64,000 nt of DNA from Klebsormidium nitens (taxonomy: Eukaryota; Plantae; Klebsormidiophyceae). A model generated the notes under the pieces. That model was not told the origin of the DNA. It did no database searches and worked only from the letters and a program-made list of their open reading frames with translations. Position numbers and translations under genes: made by a program. The stretch spans positions 52,564 through 116,563 of the forward strand of contig DF237222.1 in assembly GCA_000708835.1 (NCBI GenBank), written 5' to 3'. Numbering within the stretch: position 1 is the first letter of the stretch; each line of letters opens with the position of its first letter. Shown here piece by piece: positions 37,801 through 48,000 of the stretch.

Positions 37801-40800
37801 GCCGTCGTGGGGCCGCGGGCGCCCCGGTTGGCACATACAACCAGCTTTTTGAAACTCTTGTGAAATGTCGAACCAACACTAACCTCTTCGTTTCGTCAAA
37901 CCTCCAAGTTTTGTTTCCGGCACGCTAATTAGGAACTGACCTCCTTTCCTGATCTGCAAGGCTGCGAAAGAGGGGGAGCCGTCGTGGGACTCCCCATGGA
38001 CGGGCGGCCCCGTTGGCACTTTCTAACCAGGCTTTCAACCCCAATTTGGTTTCACTACCCACTGGCCCCTTCAGCCAGATTTCTTCAGCTTTCTACATCC
38101 TTTCTAGATTCCTTGTAGAGCCCCGATTTCACATATCAACCAAGTTTTCATTCTCTTTTGTTCGGCCAGGTTCCGTCTCTTTTTTCGCTTCGTTAATCCA
38201 ACCCTGACCTCTTTCTCTAAACCTCCTAGGCTGCGAAAGAGGGCAAGCCGTTGTGGGACTCCCCGTTGGGCCGCCGCTGCCTGAAACAGCTCCACCGACA
38301 GGATCCGGTGTACTTGAGAAAAGACTCTAATTGTGATAAAGCAAGTGGGTTTGGGGTGAGCTAAACCTTGCGTTCTCATCAACGCCCCCAGGCTGCAAAA
38401 GAGGGCGAGCCGTCGTGGGACTCCCCGTGGGGCCGCGGACGCCCTGGGTGGCACATCATCAACCACGCTTTCGACCCTGGATCCGCTAATCCACGATTAC
38501 GACGTTCGTTTTTGTTACCGCTGACAAGAATTGGACCTCCTTTCTTAACCCGTCAGGCTGCAAAAGAGGGCGAGCCGTCGTGGGAGTCCCCGTGGGGCCG
38601 CGGGCGCCCCGGTTGGCATATCGAGTGCAGCGCGATGTCCGCGGAACACCTCGGGGAGGCGTTCGACATCCACGGGGGGGGCCAGGATTTGGTGTTTCCG
38701 CACCACGAGAACGAGCTGGCGCAGAGCCGCGCGGCGTGCGCGCACGCGCACGTGGGCTACTGGGTGCACAACGGCTTCGTGACGGTGGACGAGGAGAAGA
38801 TGAGCAAGTCGCTGGGCAACTTCTTCACGATCCGGGACGTGAGTCGTTGGCGTTTCTTCTTTACTTGACTAGGGCTCCTTTCTGAAGATGACCTGATTTC
38901 GGCGTCCAGAAAATGTGATGATAAACAAGGGGAAGATGAGCACGTCCTTGGGATTCTTCACCATCCGGGACGGGAGTCGTTTTCAATGCTTCCTCAGTCG
39001 TTTTGAATGTTGCTACTTGAAGGTATCTAACTCTGGATACAAAAGAGAGAGACGGCGGACGAGGAGAGAATGACAGGTGGAGTTTCCTTACTATCCAGGA
39101 CGTGACTCGTTGCTGATGCTTCCTGTCGACTGAAGGTGTTCCTTCCCTCCGTAGCTAATCTGGAAACAAACGGAATGGACGGTGGACGAGGAGACGATAA
39201 GCAAGTCGCTGGAAATCTCTTTACCATCCGGGACGTGGGACGTTGAAAGTGCTATCTTGAGTCGACCAGAGTGTGCTTCTGAAAGGAACGCGGTTAGTTG
39301 GAGACTGAAGAATGTGACGTTGGACGCACAAAATGGACAAGACTCGATGACCTCTTCACCATCCGGATGTGGCTTGCCGTTTGACTCTCGTGTATTTCCA
39401 AAGTTCGATCTGTCTTCATTAATGCGACGGCCTATCTTTATGAGAGCTCCATTTACCGGGCCAAATGCTGGTTGCCTATTTATAGCCTAAAGAAGCAGCC
39501 AAATCAGCGCTGAGGAAAGGAACCCTTCTGATGGGCAATCAATCAGTTCCGCCTTTGGAGTCGTGGAGGCTCTGACGATCCCCAATTTGGTATTTGCTCT
39601 TTGTCCTCTCGTCTAACTTGTTGTCCTGCTTGACCTGGGAGACCCCTCTACGGATAGCAAAACCAAGCAAAAGATGAAGAGAATTTAAACCAGTGGTTTG
39701 GTGGGTCTGCGTGCAGGTTTTGAAAGAGTTCCACCCGTTGGCCCTCCGGTGGTTCCTCATCGGCACGCAATACCGCAGCCCAATCAACTACTCACGGGCG
39801 CAACTCGACCAGGCGTCGGACCGGCTGTATTATCTTTGCCAGGTGAACAAGCGTTGAATCTCCGCTTTCAGTAAAGAGACAAAACAGATATGAGCTATAT
39901 GTATTGAAGATTGACTGCCCCGAATTTCTGCTCGGTCCGTCTGGATGTGACACGAGAACTGGGTCGCTATCTGACAGAAAAACAGGACGTGTCGTGGGGC
40001 CTCAAGTCGGTTTGGTCGCTTGCGACTGGGACGTTGATTGTCTCCAGTCGTTGGACATCAGCGGCTTGAGCAAGCCGGCGCTCTTTCTTGCTGAATTTTA
40101 TTGGTACACAAAGAATTCAAAGGTGCAGAGGACATCCAAGGAGACACAGGTTCCAAATCTGGAACGGCGACGTTGCATCCGAGTCTCCGGCCAGTTGACG
40201 TTACGGACACCTCGTCAGAAAAGCACGTGGTCCGTGCGCTTTAGGGGCGCGCGAAGTTCAAACTTTGTGGACCGCTGACCGCTCGAAGTCCTCTGCAGCC
40301 CGTACAATGCTGTCACGACCTTGTAACAAATGTTGCGATAACAAAAGGCGCGGCCTCGACGAAATGCTTCATTCCGTCTGCGAGAGACGAACAGTCCGTC
40401 GATGACATCATGTAACCCTGCTTTTGAGGGCCCCGAGAATTTCAAACGCTGACGGTTGAAGTCCTCTGGCAGACCGTGCAAGACGCGCACGACCCTTTAG
40501 TAGCGCCGCCATCCGACTAGCAAATCACTCTATTTTTGGCCACTCTGCGAAGGTTCAAAATTCCATCGAAGATGATCTAAGGCCGGTGTTCAAGGAACCA
40601 TAAGAGTCCAGTCTTCGCGGACCACTAACGAAGTTCGAAGGTTTTTGCAGCCCGTGCAAGACGCTCACGACCTTTTGGCGGACAGTGCGGACACGGATGG
40701 GGTCGCCGCTACAGCGGATTTCTCTGTTCTTGGCCACTTTGCGAAGGTCCAAAATTCCGTCGAAGGTAACTTAAGTACGGTGTTCAAGGAACCATAGGAG

Positions 40801-42456
40801 TCCAGTCTTCGCGGACCACTGATGGTCGACTTCTTTTGCAGACCGTGCAAGACGCGCACGACCTTTTGACGGACAGTGCGGACACGGACGGGGGCGCAGC
40901 GTCCGCAGAAGCGAGCACCAGCGCGGCGGCCCTCCGGGGGGGTTTCGAAGACTCGATGTCGGACGATCTAAACACCCCCAAAGCGGTGGCGGCGCTGTCG
41001 GAGCCGCTCAAGCTCATGAATGACCTGATGCACACCAAGAAGGTGCTTAAAACCTTTTGTTTGCTCATCTGTAGTCCCGAGAGTCGGAGGCGGAATGTGT
41101 GTGATTCGTTTGGTTGCGGCGTTCTGCTTGGTCTTCTCAGGTGCTCGTTCCACTCCGCCTTGTTCACATCGAAAAGGGTAAGGAACATGGGGTTTTGGGC
41201 TCTTGAAAGAAACCTGGGGTTTCAAGCTCTTGTAAGGAAGACGGGGTTTTGGGCTCCGGGTGCGATTATCGGAAACGACCAGCTTTTCAAATACAAATGA
41301 GCGCGACGAGCTGAAATTGCGTTCGCCAGTCTCGGAGTAAGGCTGTGTGCTCCCGTAAGGCCCCTTTCTTGAGATCAACGACATGCTGTGCTCATGATTG
41401 ACCATCTAGATTCTTGAATTCTCTCCAAGTGGTCTCTGCCGGTTTGCATATTGTAACCTTCAGATACTGCATCCGTTCTCGTTTATGTTGCAAAGAGTTG
41501 CACACATGGAGCTTTTTGACAAACGCACTACTCACTTTCTCTGTCGAAGGCTGTCCGTTACTCCGTACTGCGATCTTCCGCCGAGATTTCCGACTGGGAA
41601 AGTCTGAACCCGCATTGCAAGACGAGGCGCGTCCCTCCTTTTACCTCCTTTGCACTTCCGATTCTGTCGGTGGATGTGAGCGCTGGAACCGCAGAATGAA
41701 CGATGACCCATAAGTGGAACTTTCGATCTCCGGCCGTGCCTTTGCGGCTGCCTTCAGAATGGGACGCCAGGTAGAATGTCGTCGGTGCCTCGTTTCTGAT
41801 CCTCGTCATTGCGAATTCCACGCAGGGTCGAAAGGACAAGGCTAGAACAGCCAATCTGCGGCTCTTGTCGAAGGAGGTGCAAAGCGCGGCAGGCATTCTG
41901 GGCTTCGACTTGGAGGACGCGCGCAAAGTAAGCGAAGTCTCTGGTAGCCCTAGAGTCCGGGAGCTCGTTCTTTCCCTTTCTTCCTTCCTTTCTTTTTTGC
42001 TGACAAGGGTGTGCGCTGCTCTCTAGTTTGTTTTGTCATTGTTTTCGCGTTTCGAGGTCTGTTGTGGCTTTTCGCCAGAATTGGAGTTGCACACGCTTTG
42101 GCTATTTCCATTGATGATTCGTCCCCGCGCCGAAAACGATGGGGCCTTGTTGTCTTCTGTTGGGCTGATACCAGATGTAATGGTGTAGCCCCCAAGACTC
42201 TGCCAGTCGCGTTGTACTCACGCCCGCCTGTGCCTGTCAGGTTTTGGACGAGTTGAATGCCTACGCTCTAGCACGAGCGAGGATGACAATAGAAGACTTG
42301 CGAGCGCGTATGGACGAGAGGGCGGTCGCTAGGGCAGCAAAGGATTTTGCACGCTCCGATAGCATACGAGCGGAGCTCGCGCAAGTTGGGATCTATCTAA
42401 TGGACGGTGGAGATGGTACGCTATGGAAGCCCGCGCCGGTAGTAGAAAGCGAGTGA
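34876..42456 (+). CDS. cysS: Cysteinyl-tRNA synthetase, organellar (long transit peptide); 9 exons, first intron GC-AG
   Basis: Exons 34876-35519, 35958-36021, 36318-36479, 36877-37047, 38557-38838, 39717-39842, 40842-41042, 41826-41927, 42241-42456 (1968 nt). Motifs: [18 protein letters not shown] (HIGH), [74 protein letters not shown]. Confidence 0.96.
37770..38620 (+). repeat. Four decayed copies of the CysRS intron4/exon5 junction
   Basis: AG|GCTGC(A/G/C)AAAGAGGG..AGCCGT.GTGGG units start at 37784, 37961, 38230 and 38392; the functional exon starts at 38557. Confidence 0.93.
38780..39380 (+). repeat. Four decayed copies of the CysRS exon5/intron5 donor junction
   Basis: GACG.TGGACGAGGAG...TTCAC.ATCCGGGAC|GT units with donor positions 38839 (functional), 38972 (GT>GG), 39102, 39235 and 39369; period about 133 bp. 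Confidence 0.88.
40270..40900 (+). repeat. Three decayed copies of the CysRS intron6/exon7 junction
   Basis: CAG|(A/C)CCGTGCAAGACGC.CACGACC units at 40299, 40473 and 40651; the functional exon starts at 40842. The intronic part CCGTCGAAG..AACTTAAG..CGGTGTTCAAGGAACCATA.GAGTCCAGTCTTCGCGGACCACT is also repeated. Confidence 0.92.
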
Positions 42457-43550
42457 AGCTTGGACTGATCGTGCACCACTCCAATTTGCTGGTCCTCTAC
42501 CAAGTCTTGAGCAAAGTCAGCAGTACAGTCTGTCCAAGGTCGCCAGTGTGCATATGCCCTCAAGTCGAGGGCAGATTTGGTGCCGGTTGATTTGCACTTT
42601 CAATGAAGATCCATCGAAGGCTGCACATACCAGAAGCATCTGACTTCGAAGTTGGATGCGATCTCGAGTCTGGCGTGCTTAGATTTCGATATTGGATCAT
42701 TCTGCAAAGGCGAATCCCAGACTCGATTCGAAAGGAGCCCGGCCTACGAGACAAGCGAAGGCATGGTTTGGTGGGCAACGTACTAATCAATTCTACAGCG
42801 CGGCAGTTGACCGGCCAGGGGAGGACGGCAGAAGTTGGTTCAACGAGCCAATCTGATCAGAGTGAAATCAGTCATTTACCTGCAACCGAATTTTCTCATT
42901 CAATTGTCCTAGCTGTATATGCTTCAACCGTGTACGACGGTGGACCGGACACTGTAAAACCGGCTAGGTATCCTGTTAACTGCGAAACTCCAACTGGAGT
43001 CTTGCAGTTTGATTGCATGCCAGTGCGATATCAATTGATTACGTCGTAACCCGATATCAGGTTTACATGTTGAGTGTGTACGTGTACGTGCCCGTATAAT
43101 CGTCAATTGGAGTTTTGAACAAGTAATATCCATGCAGAATTGCGCATGCACTTCGCTGCTTTCGTGATGTGGCGCGGCCAGTGACACATACTAGATATGT
43201 ATGTGCTGCCTGGCAGCGGATCGTATTTCGCACATGAAATTATACCGAGACAGTTCACGTCGCGAGCTCTGGCACGGAATGCATGAATGGCCCATGGCTA
43301 TCATAGTAGACACGGCGACCGGCCGCGGGGGCACTAGCTGAAATAAGCCAGGCCCACGGTGGGCCGCCTACGCCTGGGGCCTACGTGCAGCTGCCCGGCC
43401 CGGGGAACTAGGAACCTAGCCACCCACCGAGCCACCGGCCAGTCCCGGGTACCGGTATGTTATTAGCTTCCGTGCCTACTAGTTAGCTTGCTCAGCTAGG
43501 TACAATCATTGCTCAGCGCTCAGGATCCATGATCGTGATGGATGATGGTA

Positions 43551-43585
43551 GGTTTTAGGGTTTTAGGGTATTAGGGTTTTTAAGG
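43551..43585 (+). repeat. Interstitial telomere-like tract (TTTTAGGG)
   Basis: GG TTTTAGGG TTTTAGGG TATTAGGG TTTTTAAGG. Confidence 0.7.
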
Positions 43586-43897
43586 ATCGTCTGAATGCGC
43601 GGCCGCGCGGGTGCGGTCAGGCCGGATCGGCCCGATATATCGTAATCATTTTGCGAGTAACGGATATCGGAGATCATCTGGGTCGATTCTGTCCACCTGT
43701 GACCTCAAATCACGCCGCTTTGGTCTCGACTCGCCAGTCACTCACTTAAGTCTCGGACAATTATGCTGAGCACCTTGAATTAATTCAGCCCTCAAATCAG
43801 CCAATCACAGTACACCACATAATCGACGAATCCACGCATGCTAGCTGTGCTGACATCATTCGTGACCCGTCAAGGAAGCGTTTTGAATGATCTGGCT

Positions 43898-43930
43898 GAT
43901 CAGGGATCAGGGATCAGGGATCAGGGATCA
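43898..43930. repeat. 7-bp tandem repeat (GATCAGG)4
   Basis: gatcagg gatcagg gatcagg gatcagg gatca, abutting the MITE-like left end. Confidence 0.85.
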
Positions 43931-44148
43931 CGGGTCGCCACAAGCTTTCGTATCCTAGATGTCAGCTCAAAGCCGACTCCGTCGGCCTCTCGCTTACTTT
44001 TAAGGGTACTTGTCGGCTTCTCCCTTTGGCCCCGGCCTTCGGTGTCGGCTTTCGAGCCGGGTACTTCTAAATCTTGCCGGCTTGTCGGCTTTTCAATGTC
44101 CCAGGTGGCAGGGATCACAGCTACCTAGTCGACTTGTGCCGACCCCTG
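43929..44148. mobile_element. Putative hAT-type MITE (~220 bp)
   Basis: CACGGGTCGCCACAAG at 43929 matches the reverse complement of the right end, CAGGGGTCGGCACAAG (ends 44148), at 14/16. Internal GTCGGC/GCCGAC repeats. No TSD visible. Confidence 0.45.
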
Positions 44149-45092
44149 AAATTTCTGATTCTAATTGTCGCTTCACTTGGAGGTTTGATGTGACCTGTCA
44201 ACAGTCACAGTGTCAGAGACTCCCACACGTCTAGCTCCCACACACACGCAGCACGCTAGTACGACGAAGTAGACTAGCTCCTTTTGTTAGTGTCTCAGGC
44301 TCCGTACTTTCGGTTCAGGACCCAGGTCCTTTGAAAAAAAATGCGTCAGACTGTCAGCTTTACCGTACACTTTGCGGTACAATTTCTATTACGGGTGGAA
44401 TCGGGTCAGGATAAATGGCTTGCAACACTAAAACCAAAAGAACTCTGCCCGGTTGTCACTGTCAGTGACCAACCCTGTTGTCACTTGGAAATGGCGTAAC
44501 CCCAACAAAGCGCTGGTTGATTGCCGTGAACCGTCACAGGTTTGCAACGTAACCCTAATGTCACAGAGAGTGCCCCGGGTCAATGTTAATGTCATTGTCA
44601 GTGTCAATGTCAGTGGCTAACCGCTGAAAGTTCAGGTGCTTCCAGGTAGGTACTTGAGAGTGAATCACACCACTCAGAGTGGCGGACACACTAACATAAG
44701 GAGTCTAGATAGTTTTGCCACACGGACAGGTGCGCACTGGCACTGAGGCTTCATGCAAGCCCCGGGCCCAGGGCTCAGGCAGCAATGTTGAGCGAGTCGT
44801 TGCTTTCTCTCTTGCAACTTGCAAGTTGCGATCACCACTTGGACGGACCGAGAAGAAGCAAGCAACCCCGTGGGTTGCACATTCTGAGGCTGCCCGCCGC
44901 TCTCGACGTCTTCGGACTCTTGACTTCACTCCCACTTCACTGTTGAGCAACACCCCTCCGGCCCTTCTCCTGCTGTCTCCAAATTGAGCTCCATATGTTG
45001 TCAGTCTTCAATTAGGCAGCATTGGCTTCTTCCTGGACGAGTACATTGTCAGCCTTGTATACCCCTCAACTAGCTAGGCTTGAAGGCAGAAA

Positions 45093-48000
45093 ATGGCCCC
45101 TCAGCAGCACAACATGGCCGCCGCCGCACCGCAGGGTCACAGCAACCCCCTGTGGGAAGCGGGGCCCAAGGCCTCGGGTGACATCAGCGGAGGGAAGAAG
45201 GAAAGACACACCTGGGAGAGCTTCGGGAAAACCCTCGCTACCCCCAAACATGCCCAGGGGGGTTTCTTCTCGATGCCCTTCGACCTGTTCCCGTGAGCAA
45301 TTTCCTTCCAAACCTTGATAGCAAGTGTCAGCTCTGAGATCCTGGGTTTGCTGCCTAATTTGAGCCGTCGCTCACATCCCCTTGTTTCCACCCTGCTCCT
45401 TGGTTTTCCACGGAACTCCCCTTGGCATCCCCAAAAAGCTGAATAGGCTGGTTCAATGGATGACAAATTCTCAGCATCCTGATGCAAGAAATACTGGTCC
45501 AAGGAAACGGACCCCGACCTGCGAGAGTTTCTGTGTTCAATGCTGAGGAAGTACATGCACAGTGCCAAGAATTGCTTGCAGAAAACAAGTTGACAGCCCT
45601 TCTTTCCCTGACTCTTCGAACTTTCTGCCTCGGTCAACCCAAAAAAGATGTCAACAGGAGCGTAGACCAGCTCTCTTGTTCGCTTAAATAACATGGACCA
45701 ATGTGAGTCACACTGAGCAAGCAAACAAGCTGCCTAGCTTGGGATGACATGGTAGATCTTGACACTGACTCGGTGCCCATGCAATGCAACGAGTGGCGGT
45801 GTCGCTCAACCAGCAGCTGTTTCATGCAACCCTCTGATGCCAGGAATGTTGGGTTGATGTCAACAGTCTTGGGCAAAAGTAGAATTTAACGTCTGCAACT
45901 GTCCAGGCATGGTGTCTATTTTCTCTCTAGTCATCAAATTGCTAGTTACAAGAGAGCTAAGTGAATTACTGGAAGGAATAAGCTCTTCGTTACGTGTCTC
46001 ATTTTGATATCGCCACAGTGCAGATTTCCAGGCTTGTTTCAGAAGCAAACATCACTGCCTCCTGAATTCTGTGTTGTAGCTCTCTCAATCGATCTCCAGA
46101 TCTCGCTCTTGCTTGACGCTTTTCTAATTTGGTTGTCTCACACCTATTCATTCACGCTGGCAGCTAAACAGAGAGCCCAATCACTCTTGGTCCTCATTAT
46201 GACACCCCTATGATCAGCATCTTCCAACATTGTCATGCACTTAACCCTACCTAACCGTGCAGGTACCATCCGGCAGAAGAGGCAGAAGAGGTCAAGTCGT
46301 GGTCTGGATTCCTGCTGACCGTTCTGAGCGTGCTTATCTTCCTGGCATTCAGCGGCTACAGTAAGTCTACTCAACTATGCTGGCCCTAGGTTGCGCCCTT
46401 GCTTTGACTTTGGTACCTTATAGTGCTCGCCATAAGATTTGAAAGTAAAGCTCGGTCCGCTTTTGCAGTCTGCATATTCTTTTGTGAAATAATAGAACCA
46501 AACAAGAGGTGGGGTGCAACTGTAGGTCTGGGGTCTGGCGCAATTGCTTCCTTCAGTTCTCTATTTGGGTCTGGACTCTGCTCATAACCTTTAAGAGCCC
46601 ATCCTGGTTAGCTAACCCATCCTGGTCAAAGAAGCTGACCAGCAAAACTCTCTGCGCCCCAGCGATCGAGCTATATGCCACCCAGACTTTCCAGAAGTCG
46701 CTCGCCACAGTGGCCTTGAATCCGAACATTGCCGTGACGCCCCAAAGCAACCCAATCCTCTTCCAGGTAAGGAACAAACCGCCCCAACCCCTGAAAAAGG
46801 GTATTCACCTCTTTGTACCCTCCCATTCAATGTCAGTCCCGCTGCAAGTAAAACTTGTGAGCTGGCAAATCTGGGCTCCTTCTCGTGTCTCTGCTGATTG
46901 GAACGTGACCTTAGCATGATTCATTCTCCAAAATGCATCCTACTCCATTGGAACATGAGCGGGCTTTGAGGGTCGGGCAAAGCTGTGAGGCAAGTTGGCT
47001 TAGAGGCTTTCCTTTCTGTGCTGCTATGTGTGGCGCGTTTTCCAAACCTTCAGATTATTAGAAAAATTACTGGGCGAACACACCTGTCAAAACGGAGTCG
47101 AAGTTGGTCGCAAAAAAGCTAAAAGTAGACTCGAAGAAAATCGATACTTGAGAAACCTGAACCCAGATCCAGCACATACACTAGAGACTGAACGCAAAAG
47201 CGCAGACAAAGGATTAGAAGTTAAACCTTTTCCTACGCAGGCCGAATGCTAATCCGCTTCATCAAGCAGCTCGAAGTTGTCAAACCTTGAACCCGAAAAC
47301 TTGACACCTGCAGGCCGGGATGCTGATGCGCTTCATTGGAAACGGCAGCTCCTTCTCCGACCCGACGATCTTCAAGTATGCCTTCAGCGCCAGGGCGGTG
47401 TTGTCCCAGGACTCAAACGGGAAGAGCTCCCGCCTGAACACCCCCCTGAACCTCACAGAGTGCACATTCACCACGGCGCAGGGGAACTCGGGGGGCGATG
47501 GCATCTGCTTCGACTACGATTCCAGTCGGAGTGAGCACCAAGACTTGGGAACACTGCACCTTAGGAAACTTTCTTGCGGTACCGGATTACGGGATATGTG
47601 CCTTTGTGCGTTGTGCATTTTCACAGCGATGGAAGGCAGAATGTATTTCAGGGGTTGACGGCTTCTGCTGCGACTACGAATCCAGTCGGAGTGAGGGGCA
47701 AGACTTACGAACACCGCACCTGAAGAAACCTTTTGAGGTTCCGGATCATTGGGTCTGTGCCTTTTTACGTTACTTTGCGTTTCTGCATTTTCGCAGCTGC
47801 GCAATGTAATGTTCTAGGGCGTGACGGCAACTTTTTGACAAGGAATCCAGTCTGAGTGAGCACCAAGACTTCAAAACAGTTACCATAGCATTGCTTGTCT
47901 TGAGCTTCCGGATTCTCAGATCCATACCTTTGTGCGGTGAGCATTTTGTCCGCGGCGCACATGCAAATTTGGGGGTGACGGCAGCTGCTTCGGATAAGTG

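Noticed and set aside
37770-39380. Regularly spaced repeats with variable intervening sequence, superficially CRISPR-like
   Set aside because: The repeats are copies of CysRS coding and splice-junction sequence in a eukaryotic intron. The 'spacers' are themselves homologous, and no cas genes are present.
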